NCBI RefSeq assembly: GCF_036971445.1
Contig: NC_091469.1
Location: 318,742,001 to 318,806,000, forward strand
DNA from: Narcine bancroftii
Lineage: Eukaryota
Direction: 5' to 3'
Length of the DNA: 64,000 bases
Below are positions 24,207-37,153 of this stretch, in pieces. The notes beneath the pieces are model-generated. The model saw only the letters and a program-made list of their open reading frames with translations, ran no database searches and was not told the origin of the DNA. How positions within the stretch are numbered: position 1 is the first letter of the stretch; each line of letters opens with the position of its first letter. The translations under genes were made by a program, and so were the position numbers.

Positions 24207-27200
24207 CTTTTCTTTTCGAATATTTTATTTAAAAAACAACCATGGTTACAACAATAATGCAATGATACAATATGTCCTAATTTTAACATGCTTTATGTAT
24301 ATAAAAAACCTAAATAACTAAAAAAAACCTCAACCCCTCACCCCTACAAATACATCCCACCCTCCAATCTTACCCCTATAACACACCTAGCCCCCAATAG
24401 AAAGAAAAAAGAAAAAAAAAGAAAGAAGAGAATACCAAAATACAAATTTATACATCGTGGAATAATGAAACCCCACTACATTCAGATCACCATCTTCAAA
24501 TTTTCAAATTGAAATAATCCAAATATGGGCTCCAAATCATCTTAAAAATATAATATTTATCCCTCAAATTATACATTATCTTCTTGAACAGGATACAAAA
24601 CATTAATTCTGAAAGCCATCTCTGTAAATTAAGTTGCATCTGATCTTTCCTTGAAATTGCTATACATTTCCTCACCACTGCTAATGCCAATCTCAAAAAT
24701 GCTATTTGAAATTTATCCAATTTATATACCAAACAAAATTCACTAATATCCCCAATTTAAAAAATTTTGGAATGAAAGAAAATTTTATTTTCAAAATATT
24801 CTGCAAACAATCCTTAACCTGAGACCAAAAATGTTTAACCTTATCACAAGACCATACTGAATGTAAAAATGTATCTTTCTGACCATTATATCAAAACACA
24901 AATTAGAAAAACACAAATTATATCTTTTCAAATACCTCAGAGTCAAATATAATTGATGTATAAAATTATAAGTTACAAGCCTATACCTAACATTTAATTT
25001 TTGTCATACTATGATTACAAATAATTCTCCAATGGTGATATCAAAATCTGCTCCCTAATCTTTCTCCCATTTAAGTCTTGATTTATACAGATCAATTTTA
25101 GGTTTTTTCTGTTGCAATAATTTATACTTGTCAGAAATAAAACCTTTCTTCCCTCCATCATGAACGAACATTTCAAATTTCGACTCTTTAGGTAAAAACA
25201 TATTCTTCCTAAAAACAATCATTTAACATTGATTTAATTTGATAATTTAAAAAAAGAGTCTGAGTTAGTATTTGATATCTTTCCTTCATTCTTTCAAATT
25301 AAAGAAACCAACATTAATTCAGAACAACTATTTATCATCTTAATCCCTTTCTGATCCCAAATCTTAAGAAGGGAATTCTTAACCATAAAAGGAAGAAGTT
25401 TATTCTGATACATAGGAGTATATCTAGATATTTTACCTTGATTACCAATTCCATTTTTTATCCCATCCCAAATATCTATCAAATGGGATAAAATTGGCAA
25501 TTTATAAAAACACAATAATTTAACATTCCACTTATAAACAAATTGATCTCTTTTATCTTCACCAATTCTATGTAATTCTATATCTGCTCAAATCAAAGGA
25601 CTATCCAAATCAAACATACTATTAATAATTTTTAATTGAGTGGCCTTATAATAATTTTTTTAATTTGGAAGTTGTTATCCTCCTAATTCATATTTGCACA
25701 TTAATTTATGAATAGAAACTCTTACTAATTTACCCTTCCATAAATATTACATAACTGCTGTATTCAAATCTTTAAAAAAAACATTTTAGGAATATTACAA
25801 GGAATAGTTTGAAAAAAATACTGAAGTCTAGGAAATATATTCACTTTTATACAATTCACCCTACAAAGTAGGGTGTACCCTACAATGGTAAATCTTTCCA
25901 TTTATTTAAATCCTCTTTGATTACAGAAATTAATGGCAAATTATTTAGATCATATAAATGATCTATATGTCTATCTATTTTAATACCTAAATACTCAATT
26001 TGATCAGTACATTTAAGATGTACTACTCCATTACAAACAGAATAATCAGTTTTAGACAATGGCATAAGTTCATTTTTATTTCAATTCGTTTTATATCCCG
26101 ATAATTTTTCATATTGTATTCACTTTTACTGTAACACTTTCAATGACTCCTGTGGGTCAATTAAGTAAATCAACACATAATCCGCAAATAAACTAATCTT
26201 AAATTTATCCAATCCTATTTCAATATCTTTTTTATTCCTTTCCTGCCTTATTAATTGAGCTAATGGTTCAATCACCAATGCAAATAATGCTGGTGATAGA
26301 GGGCAACCCTCTCTAGTAGATCTCTCTAAATTAAAAGAATCAGATAGAAACCCATTTGTCATAACTCTAACTTTTGGTCGTTTATATATTGCCTTAATCT
26401 AACTTATAAACATTAGTCCAAACTAAAAAAATTTCAATACTTTAAATAAAAAACTCCATTCCACCCTATCAAATGTATTTTCGGCATCCAATGATAAGAC
26501 AATTGGTAAGTTGAATTTCTCCCATGAAATATTAATTAAACTAATTAATTTAAGTACATTATCAGCACCATATTTTCCCTTAATAAAACCTTTTGATCAA
26601 TATGAATCAACTTAGGTAAATATTGCACTAATCTATTAGCCAAAATCTTAGTCAAAAACTTATATCTGCATTTAATAATGAAATTGGTCTACAAGACTCA
26701 GGATTCAAAGGGTCTTTATCTTTTTTTTTAAGAATTACTGTTATAATAGCCTGTGAAATAGATTGTGTATCTCTAACTTGCTGTAAAACTTCAACAAACA
26801 ATGGAAGGAACAATTTTTGAAATTTCTTATAAAATTCCATTGTAAAACCATCCTCTCCTGGAGATTTACCATTTCACATTGAATTGAGAACTAACATAAT
26901 CTTTTTAAAATCTATTGGCTTCTCCAATTGTTCCTTTGTCCAATCATTCAATATAGGTAACTGCAACTTATTTAAAAAGCAATCTATTTTACTTTGGTCC
27001 TGTTGCATTTCAGAAGTATATATTTTTTTATAAAATTCCTTAAACTATTCATTAGTAGCTTGAGATTTATAAGAAATTTTCATTTTTTTATAATTGCCTC
27101 AATCGTTCTAGATATTCAGATTTCAATTGCCATGGCAAAACTTTATGTGCCTTTTCCCCTAACTCATAATATTTTTGTTTAGATCTTTGTATTAAATGTT

Positions 27201-29130
27201 CAACTCTATAAGTTTGTAAAGTATTATATTTCAGTTTCATAGATTCTAATTGAACTATTTTCTCTTTATCTAAAGGACTCCTCTGTAACCTCTTTTCCAA
27301 AATATTTATATCTTTTTCTAACTTATCAACTTCAGCTAAATATTGTTTTTTAAGTTTAAGTGTAAAGCTAATAAATGGACCCCTTTAAAAACACTTTTAA
27401 AGCATCCCATACTACAAACTTACTCTTCACAGAAGAAGAAGAAAAGAAACAAAAACATACTCTGAACAATATATATATATATATATAAAACCCTCCCCCT
27501 CCCCCTTTAAGTACTAAAATATTACTCCCCTTCAAGCCACTAAGTGAGTGACAGTATCGGTTGAGCTACAATGAGATTCTACATCTCCTCTGAACAGAAA
27601 TAACAAAAAAATATATAAACCATAACTTCAGGTATGATAAGCTTCTTCCAAGTTTCTAGTCACTTGTTCATCATCAATCAATATCTCTTCAGAATCACTT
27701 GATTCTTTATTTTGCATCCCTTCCAGTCGATCTTTCTGCAGTTTCTTCTTTTGCTCCTTCTGAACCCCATTACCATTCTTCTTAGGAATTCTATTCATTT
27801 TTTGCGCTTGAGAAGATGAAGACCGACGTTTTTTAAGATCGGACAAAGAATTAGCAAAAATCAATGCATCCCCATCATCCGCAAAAAAATTGAGATTTAT
27901 ATTCCCCATTAAAAAAAACTTTTAAAACGGCAGGGAATCTAAAAGCAAATTTATAACCCTTCTGCCAGAGGACTGTTTTTGCCTAATTAAATTCTTTATG
28001 TATTTTAATAATATTTTGGCTGAGATCCACATAAAAAATACTCTTCTGCTCTGGACCATCAATGGAGCTCTGTGTTGTCATGCATTTTGAACTGCCAATT
28101 TGGCTGAGATCCACATTAAAAAAAACTCTTCTGCTCTGGACCATCAATGGAGCTCCATGTTGTCATGCATTTTGAACTGCCAATCTTAAAATTAGTCCTC
28201 TATCCTGATACCAGAGGGACCTAATCAAAACAGATCAAGGTGGTTGACCAGGCAAAGGTTTCCTTCTAAGTGCTCTATGGGCTTTGTCCAATTCCAATCC
28301 ATTCTGAAATATTTCCACTCGTAAGACATCAGGTATCCATTTTTGAAAAATATTTAACTGGTTCTGAGCCTTCAAAATCTTCTGGTAAACCCATTATCTT
28401 CACATTGTTCCTCCGGCTCTAGTCATCAAATGTATTCAACTTTTGTTGACACTGATCAATATCACAAACACATTCCTCCATCTTATCTTCCATCTTTTTA
28501 ACCTTCTCTTGAACTTTATCACAACTTTTTCATATTTTGGAACATCAGCTTTAACAGTCAAAATATCTTTCATCACATTTGAAAGCCTATTATTAACAGA
28601 TGTGAAGCCCAAAAAAATCTGCTGTGACATTGCTTGGAATTGTAGCTCAAAATAGTCTTTACATTTAGATAAATATCTACCCTGGGCTGCAACAGGTTTA
28701 CCTTGCATTTCTCCTTGTTCAGTAAATTGTAATTCTTCTGAACTGGATTCTTGGGATTCATCCACTGCTCCTGCTAATCTTGCTCCCAGTTCCACTGCCT
28801 CCATTACTGTTACATTTTTACTCGCCCCCCCCCCCCACACTTGGGTTTTGGACTGATCCCGACTCACTGGACCGGCATGCACCAGCCCCCCCCCACCCCG
28901 GAAGAAAAATACTCAAAATAGTGCAGATGCTCACAGAAGTGCACATGCACGGACTCTTCTGTTTCTACAGAAGAACGGCGCCTCACATTGGCGCCATCTT
29001 GTCTGGGGCTCCGCAGCCCAGGCACCAGCGATACCTTCGGAGTAGCCAGCTGTTGTCACTGGGAGTGAGGAGGAACATTATCCGAGTCACCTGGATCCCG
29101 CTCTGAGGTAGGCCAAACTTCTTTCAGATC
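24207..29130 (-). mobile_element. L1/Tx1-type LINE (ORF1 plus internally deleted ORF2) inserted in the Gypsy gag
   Basis: ORF1 remnants at 27630-28880. ORF2 motifs YYELGEKAHKVL, KDPLNPESCRPISLLNAD, STREGCPLSPALFALVIEPLA, KISLFADYVL. The endonuclease region is missing at the ~27430 junction. Confidence 0.9.
28015..28184. repeat. ~85-bp direct tandem duplication inside L1 ORF1
   Basis: TTTGGCTGAGATCCACAT...TTTGAACTGCCAAT occurs twice in tandem. Confidence 0.9.
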
Positions 29131-29334
29131 ACCAATTGCTTCAAAATCATTTTATTCATAATTTGAGGTCTTGTTTTTTTCATGATTATTTCCAACTATT
29201 CCAGTCATACAATGCTAAAGTTCATATATTTAAAAGGGCATTTATAAATGGATTTTTATACAAATCCATCGGAAGAGATTACCACCCACGTCTCTCTCCT
29301 ACGCCATCACGCCATGGCCCCTTGTCTCTTTTTT

Positions 29335-29642
29335 TATAACCATATAACAATTACGGCACAGAAACAGGCCTGTTTTGCCCTTCTGGTCCATGCCAAACAC
29401 CTTCTCCCATTGACACATGGCCCATAACCCTCCACGTTGCTCTCTATCTATCCAACTTTTACTTAAATAATAAAATCGAGCCCACATCTACCACTTCAGC
29501 CGGTAGTTCATTCCACACTCCCACCACCCTCTGAGTGAAAACATTTGCCCTCATCCTTCCCCTAAACTTTTCCCCCTTCAATCTCAATCCATGTCCTCTT
29601 GTTTGAATCTTCCCCATCTCAATGGAAAAAGCCTGTTCACAT
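29335..29642 (-). mobile_element. CR1 3' end
   Basis: QTRGHGLRLKGEKF...FTQRVVGVWNELPAEVV plus 3' UTR. Confidence 0.88.
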
Positions 29643-30059
29643 TCTCCTGTCATTTTCCACTCTAATCTTTTCCAGCTCATGTAGCCTAAATTTCTCCTCT
29701 GTTTCTAGTTCTAATATCTTCAGTTTCATTTCCAATCTCTTTTGTCTCTCAGTTGCCTCCGAATTCTAAGCCCTTTCATTCCATCTGTATTTACCTAGAA
29801 GTTTTACTCTTGGGAAACTGCTCTAACACTTTTTTGTCAAACTTTCCTGCCTATACACAGTATTTTGCAATTTTCCTCCCCATCTCAATCTTTTATCATT
29901 TGTGGTTTTACTGAAGCTTTTTAGCCTTTTTCAAATTCTCTATATCCATGGCTGCTGGTTTGTTGTTGATGAATTTCACACACACACTAGCTTTTATATT
30001 CTCCCATTTAAACTATTCTAACTCTCTATAATAGGATTAGTCAGTCTTCATGATCCCGT

Positions 30060-30600
30060 CGGCAACTGGTTCAAAATGCTGCAGCCAGGCTCCTGACAGG
30101 TGCCATGAAGAGGTATCATATCACTCCTATCCTGGCCTCCCTCCATTGGCTGCCAGTATGGCTCAGAATTAATTTAAAAATTCTCCTGTTTGTTTATAAA
30201 GCCCTTAATGGGCCAATCCCCTCTTATATCACGGATCTCCTAATTCCTTATTCCACTTTAAGACGGCTAACATGAGGCACTTGGCTGTTTCGCGCTCAAA
30301 TCATCAACTCATGGAAGAGCGCACTTTCGCTATTGCGGCCCCAAACTGTGGGACAACATTCATTCTTCTATCAAATCGACCCCTTCCATCAACTCTTTTA
30401 TATCTAGATTGAATATGTACTTTTATTGATTAGTGTTTTCAGTCCTCCTCATGAAGCTGATTGTTACCTTGTGTTCTAACCTCTTGTATTTGTTTTATTC
30501 TGGACTTTAAATTGTTGCCTTGATGTGATGTTGTTTTGATCTGTACAGCACTTTGGTTAATGCGAGTTGTTTTAAATGTACTATTTATTTAAACTTTTAA
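30060..30600 (+). mobile_element. L2 LINE 3' fragment inserted in the Gypsy 5' leader
   Basis: QLVQNAAARLLT...HITPILASLHWLPV...KILLFVYKALNG; 3' CAGCACTTTGG stem region. Confidence 0.88.
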
Positions 30601-30725
30601 TTACCTTTACCAAAGGAATTTCCTAGACCAGACTGGAATTCCATCAATCACCAAGCTCCAGCTTGATTCAGACTCAGACGATTGATCAATAATCAATCGA
30701 CCTCTAAGCTGCCAAATTTGCTTGT

Positions 30726-30743
30726 ATCCCAGATGATCCCCCA
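30726..30743 (-). promoter_or_regulatory. Primer-binding site, tRNA-Pro type
   Basis: TGGGGGATCATCTGGGAT just inside the 5' LTR matches the tRNA-Pro PBS TGGGGGCTCGTCCGGGAT at 15/18 positions. Confidence 0.8.
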
Positions 30744-31967
30744 CTCTTTTACATCTCAAACTAGCAACAATAGAAGGCACAATTCAAAATGGTTACATTT
30801 TAATTCTATATTTATCAATGACTATTAACAATATAATGTCTTAACACAATTAACCCAACTATAAGTATCTATGGAAAATATACAGATATTGTTATCTTCA
30901 TCAACAGTGTGTTTGTGGAAAAACCCAGACCATTACAGTCAAAATTCTAAAAGGAAAAATCCCCAAAAAACCCAGGCCAGTCAGTCCAAAAACACAGACC
31001 ACAGAATTCAATCTCAAAGTTCAGTCCAAGTTCAGTTCTTTAATTGATAACAAAGAATGTCACAGTGAACATTGGAGAGAGAAATGACTGATGTTTCATT
31101 GCAGTAAACTTACAAATCCTCACTTATGAGGCATGTGCATTTCACACAGCTCTCCAGCTGCCCTCTGCTGCTCTAACTGCCGCTCTCTGCTTCACAGCTG
31201 GATCCTCCCTATGTTCTTGAAATTTCCAAGCAATTGGTGAGTCAGCACTCCGTTGTATCACAAGTTTCACAGAGTTCTTAGCAGGAATCTGTCCTTTATA
31301 TTTAAAGTCCAAAAGGTCAGTCCATGGACCATAACAAAGGGGTTCTTGGGGTCCATAGATCCCTCAAGATTGCCATGCAAGTTGATGGGGTAGTTAAGAA
31401 GGTGCAGGATGTGCTGGATTTCATTACTCGAAGGATTGATTTCAAGAGCTCTGTAATTTCTCAGCTCTATAAAACACTGTTTAAACCACACTTGGAGAAT
31501 TGCATTCAGATCTGGTCACCTCATTACAGGAAGGATGTAGAAACTTCAGGGAGGGTGCGGAGGAGATTTACTAGAATTTAGCCTGGATTGGAGAACACAT
31601 CTTATGAAGCAAGGTTGGGAGGGCATTTCTCTTTAGAGAGATAAAGGATGACAAGTATCTTATGTAAGATTATGAGAGGCAATAAATAGGGTGGACAGCC
31701 AGCACCCTTTCCCTGGGGCAACAGTAACGAATACCCAGGGACACCTGTTAAAGACACGGAGGAGAGTTTAGGTGGAGTGTCAGAGAGAAGATTCTTTCTA
31801 CAGAGAGATTGGTAAGTCCATAGAATGTATGGCCAGAGGTTGGTGATCCATTAGAGACATGTAAAAGAATCATAGTAGGGCATGTAGATTCAATAAAAAT
31901 AGATGTTAAGAGTGTGAGGTAGGGAAGGGATAGATTGTTCTGAAGTTGGTATATACATGTGTAATTG

Positions 31968-32210
31968 TTAATAACATGTAAAAGTTGACCCCCTATTTTT
32001 CCCCTATATATTCCATATATCATGTGTCAACTTCTATATTTTTGGCCCCAGCTGCCCATCCAACCAAGCTTCCAACTGCCCGAATGAGCTCCTCAAGCAA
32101 CACAGATACTTACCACGGTCCAAAGTGCTATGTGTTTAATAGTTGACCCCTGAAATTTCAGGCTAAAAATTGGTCCCCAAAACCCAACTATTACACACAT
32201 AAATACAGTA
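31968..32210. mobile_element. Tc1/mariner (Tigger/pogo-like) non-autonomous fragment
   Basis: Repeated AGTTGACCCC motifs in both orientations; ends ...AAATACAG-TA. Confidence 0.4.
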
Positions 32211-32389
32211 GGTCAACACAACAATGGCCTGTACTAAGCTGCAATGTTCCATGTTCTATGGGCTGAATGGCCTGTACTAAGCTGCAATGTTCCATGTTCT
32301 AAAGCTTAACAGAAATTGGAGAACAGTGCCACATCTTCCCACTTAGTACGTGACAACCTTCAGCACACAATGGTACATCGCAAACAGTA

Positions 32390-32527
32390 AGAGGAAACCG
32401 GAGCCCTTGGGAAAACCCACACAAACACAGGGAGAACATACCAACTCCTTACAGACAGCATGGGACTTGAACCCTGGTCCCGGTTGCTGGCGCTGTTGTG
32501 CTAACCGCTACGCCAACCACGCCACTG
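32390..32527 (-). mobile_element. tRNA-derived SINE (5' half)
   Basis: A/B-box head in reverse orientation. Confidence 0.75.
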
Positions 32528-32774
32528 CGGTCACAAAGGCACTCTCTTGTTCTCTCTGCACATCCAAGTTTCTCTGCAAGTGTAAACTTTTTAACCATTG
32601 CCAGTCCTGATGCAAGTTCACTCAGCTGAAATGTCAACTCTTTCTATCACCACACATGCTATTGAGCCTACCTGCATTTTGCCTTTATTAAACACAAGTT
32701 CAACTTCAACCAAGTTTTTTCCCATCCGATTGGACAAATACAACCTGACGAAACAGCATTCCCGGTACAAGTCC

Positions 32775-32960
32775 CGGTGACTACAGCTTCTCTACCAGCC
32801 TCTGGGGAATGATCATATTAAACACTGAGCTGATATCAATGAACAACAGCCTTCATTCTCCAGCTGGTTCAGCACGGTCAAGGCTATAGCACAGTCAGTA
32901 GAGTGGTTCTGTCTGTAGGCAAACTGAAATGGGTCCAGTGTCTCTAAGAAGTGTGTTTGC
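32775..32960 (-). mobile_element. Rex-Babar RT fragment
   Basis: Minus strand translates LDPFQFAYRQNHSTDCAIA. Confidence 0.75.
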
Positions 32961-33084
32961 TTAACCATTGGGCTTCCGTTCTGTTAATCATACCATATTA
33001 TTAGTCTTTAAGATAAACAGAGCTCATCTTTCACAAAGTCCCAAATGTGGGATTAATATTGTTGATATTACAAGAATAGATGGA

Positions 33085-33640
33085 TTGGGTATGCACCTGG
33101 ATTGGGTATACACCAACGTCCCTAATACGTACAGCGCTGAAGCTCACCCCACCTTGGTAACTTGATTAACAAACCTGTCCTGTTAACCCCAGCGTACAGC
33201 AAAGCAAATTAGGTCAGTTCACAGGGAGATCAGGATGTGGCTGAGGGGAATCACAGCAGTGCTGCAAGATTGCTATGAGGACTGGAGCTGTTTCAGGAAG
33301 GCAGTCGTCTACAATGGTCATGTAAACATAGAGGAATACATGGGCTCAGTGACTGGCTACATCATCAAGTGCATTAAGGAAATCACCAAGATTGAATGCT
33401 TCATAACCAGGGCTAACGAGAAACCATGGTTGGATGCAAAGCTCCGGGCCGTTCTCAGAGCTCGTGATGCTGCCTTCAGGACATGGTGTAGGATGGCATT
33501 AAGATCAGCCAGGGCTGAACTCTCCCGCTCAATCCGGAAGGCAAATCGTGGGTACACATATAAAATCCATAGACAGCTGTGTGATATTAGCAACACAAGG
33601 CGCATGTGGCAAGGGATCAAGACTATAAGGGATCGGGGGC
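33085..33640 (+). mobile_element. Rex-Babar ORF fragment (EN-RT linker)
   Basis: LQDCYEDW...IEEYMGSVTGYI...NEKPW...ARDAAFR...TRRMWQGIKTI. Confidence 0.8.
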
Positions 33641-35058
33641 GTGCCACGTGATGACATGGGGTTAGACTGATAATTCCTGCTCTCCTCGAAAAAGTGACAA
33701 AAAAGGTTATAAAAGTTACAGAAAATATATGAAAGAACTGTCTGAAAACACATAGAAGACATCAGCATGCCACCAAAGAATGATAAAGGACTTACTGTTG
33801 TAGAAGAAACTGAGCAAGAAAAGGAACAAGGAAGAGAGGCCGACCTTAAGAAAGGATCCTGGAGCTGTCCACAAGGTAATATTCAAAGGAGAGAGGCCAG
33901 AAGTTGGGGAAACCTTGGACACTGGTGCACATTGGGTGAAGCAGTGACTGCGCATGCACCAGGAGTCGTGCATACACAGAGTACAAAAAAAACAGAGGAA
34001 GTTTAAAAAAAGATTCCATACATCCACAGCTCCTGTGATCAAGAAGAAGACCTGGAAAAGCAAAGGAAAGAACAAGAATTACCAACAATCAAGAAAAAAG
34101 TAGAAAAAGGTGCAGAAGCATCTTTATCTTCTGGTGAATTAAAATAGATGTTAAACTTTTCTCGACAATCCTTGGAAGTGTTAACAGATTAAGTAAGGAA
34201 GTGTTAACAGATGAAGTAAGGAAGAATGGTGATAAGATGGAAAGATTAATACAATAGGTGGACACTTGATTTGAAATAGTAGATGGAAAAATTAAAGGGA
34301 ATGAATTTGAGATTCAAAATCTGAAAGATCAAATGAAGAAAGCACAAGCAGAAGCTGCTGCCAAGAACAATCAGTTAATGCAAAAAATAAACATTTTGTA
34401 AAATTTCAGTAGACGGGATAATATCAAGATTGTTGGACTTAAAGAAGGGGACGAGGGTCAAGACTTTGAAAAATTTCTGCAACGATGGATATTGGAATCT
34501 TTTTGGGTCTGGCTGCATTCATGGTGATTAGGAGATAGAGTGAGCCCATAGGGCACTGAGACTAAACCTCAGTCTGACCAAAGGTTCTGTCCAATACTCA
34601 TCAGATTCCTTCGATATGAAGTAAGAGAGAAGATATTGGAGATGACAGCGAAACAAGCTAAATAAAGACAATCATCTTTGATTTATAATGGAAGTAAGTT
34701 TTTTTAAAAATCCAGATATAAGTTTTGATTTGTTGAAAAAGAGAAAGGAGCTTAATCTGGTTAAAGATGTATTGTGGAAAAAGACCTATGCCTTTGTTTT
34801 GAGATATCAAGCTGTTCTGAAAGTATTCGTCCCAGGAGGGAGGAATAGATTTTTTTTACTGAGCCTACTGAAGCAAAGCTATATGTTGATTCATTGCTTG
34901 CTAAAGATCAGCAGATGGTTGTAGACACTTCAATTTATTATATAACTGAGAAGTTTTGCTGTAACTTAAAATACATTATGATTCGAGTGGGTTAAAAAGG
35001 GGAGGAAGATTTAACCTATATTGTGTGTGATCTAATATACTGGATAAAATTAATGGAT

Positions 35059-35830
35059 TGTTATGAGTCCAGAGGAGCCAAAAACCCAGCAGCAATAGAT
35101 AGGCACCACAACAAAAGTTAACTTCAACAAAAGTTGTTTTTAATAACCTTTGAACATGAAAGTAGAATCAAACTTTAACTTATCTTTATTGACTCACTTA
35201 ACCTACTAAACCCCTTTCTAATTCTAAGCACTCATGTGTGTCATGTGTGTGTGTAAGTTCAGCAAAGTTCTTTGGTTCACAGTCCAATCTCACTGGTTGC
35301 AGCCAATTCTTGTGCTGTGCACAGAAGTTAACATTAATAAAGTTCACCAGGCTTTGGTGCTTAACAGGTAAATGGTTACCACTCAGAAGGGTTCTTATTG
35401 GTTTTCAGAGAAAGAGTTTTTCTTGGTCACCACAAAGTTCCTTTCTGTTTCACTTATTCCAAGGAAAACACCTGACAGCCAGTCCTCTCCTTTGATCAGA
35501 CTGTCTTCCAAAGTTTGCCAGCTTATCCCTCTGGAACCAAAATCTGTATCTCTCCTCCCTCTCTCTCACTCCCTCCTCTCTGAGAGCAAAGCCTCTTTTT
35601 TTTGCTCTCTGCCTGCAAAGATAACATGACCCTCCAGACAGCAAGTTCCTTTTTCCAGACAAAACTACTACTGCCTGTTGTTACATTGTTGCCCTTTTGC
35701 AAACAACAGTCCATCATGTCTCTTGCAGAAGCTCCTGCAAAAATTCTGTGTTTTAAAATGTTTGTGTATGACTTGCTCTAACAAACCTTCCCCAATTTAT
35801 TTCCCAAATAACCCTATATACTCTGTCACA
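35059..35830 (-). mobile_element. Solo LTR, family A
   Basis: TG...CA termini; reverse complement of 17320-18259; flanks GGAT/GGAG. Confidence 0.88.
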
Positions 35831-36789
35831 GGAGTAAAAGGTCTATTGATGAGCTTATAGTAAGGGATGGTATGATGTTTCGAGTGAGTTAGTAGGGAAT
35901 GTGATGCTGACCACTACACTATCATGGGCAATAATGTGGCCAGTTTTGCATCCCATACATGTCAGGGTGATATAGATGCTTTAACATCATGTGCTTCTGG
36001 GGTTTTTCCTTATCTTTCTTCTTTTTTTCTTCCTTTCTTATTTTTTCTTAGCCTGGGCTGTTTATAGATGCAAGATATTATATGGGGAGAGTTAGGTTAG
36101 ATAGGGAGATGGAGGGGGATGCTGGAGGGATGTTGGTTTTAATTTTGATGTCTAATGGCAGGGAAACCATTTAGTAGTATTAACATTAATGGAATTCAGA
36201 ATCCGATAAAGAGAAAAAGGTTATGGAATTAGGCTTTTATACAAGAAACTCATCTAACAGAAATAGAACATATGAAATTAAAAAGAGACTGGGTAGGGGA
36301 GGTATTCTCTTCTTCATTTCATTCTAAAGCTGGAGCAGTAGCGATATTAATAAACAAAAGTCTACCAATTGAAATAATGGATGTAATGACTGATAAAGTG
36401 GGGAGGTATGTGATGATAAATTGCAAAATATATTCTGAATATTAGACTTTGATGAATATATATGCACCGAATGTAGATGATGGAAAATTTATACAAGATG
36501 TTTTTTTTACGCAGTTAGCTAATACAAAAAGAAAAATAATTATAGGAGGAGACTTTAATTTTACCTTTGACTCCAGGTTGGACAGATCAGGAGGAATCAT
36601 GGTTAAAAGTAAGGTGACAAAAGAAGTGAAAAATTTAATGAATGAAATGAAACTTGTTGATAGTTGGAGGAAGATGCATCTTGATATTAGGTATTATTCA
36701 TTTTATTCTTATAGACATAAAACATATTCCTGTATAGATATGTTTTAATCACCTCTCAGCTCCTAACAAGAGTTCATAGTATTGAATAT

Positions 36790-37153
36790 TGTAAGGTAAA
36801 AACATCATGAGATGGGACCGGAGAAGGAGTCACCCAGTACTAAGGAGTAACAGAATGCAGATGTGACCTTGTACACTCAAGATAAGCTTTGCACTAACAA
36901 GAATGATGTGCAGCAGACTAAGAGAAGGATAGCAACAGTTTATTCATTGGACAATGTAATGGTATGATAATTTACTAAGTACGTATCCTGAGGTATAAAA
37001 AAAACACCACTTGCTGATAACGGCAGAATGCACCTTCTCCAACTAACACTGTTAGTTGCAAGTGTTACAATCCGGTAATAAAGAACAAAAAACCTTGATT
37101 TCGACTCAGTCTGGTGTTTGACTCACTCATTCATGAACAAAGCAGACCTAACA
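36790..37153 (+). mobile_element. Short solo LTR (364 bp)
   Basis: TGTAAGG...CCTAACA inverted termini, perfect TSD ATAT, TATAAAA at ~36994, AATAAA at ~37077. Confidence 0.88.

Larger units (their letters stand above)
19709..31336 (-). mobile_element. Gmr1-like Ty3/Gypsy LTR retrotransposon (gag-PR-IN-RT-RH), decayed, with nested insertions
   Basis: Direct LTRs at 19709-20304 and 30747-31336; flanks AAGA/AAGG. Gag VPLFEEAEIDKYFQHFEK (~24150); knuckle remnant (~23520); integrase EPFSKVIVDFVGLLP/IQSDQG/HPESQG (22319-22798); RT WSSPCVLVPKPDG...IDYRKVN (21389-21640); RNase H FSLAVDASD (20673-20870). Confidence 0.92.
18470..31965 (+). mobile_element. CR1 LINE split into three pieces (~18470-18601, ~19431-19708, ~31337-31965) by nested insertions
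   Basis: Collinear CR1 RT motifs across the gaps: WIQNWL...; FINDLDEEVE...SKSADDMKVGG...NNVEKQ; then SLKIAMQVDGVVKK...PHLENCIQIWSPHYRKD and the 3' UTR. Confidence 0.85.
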
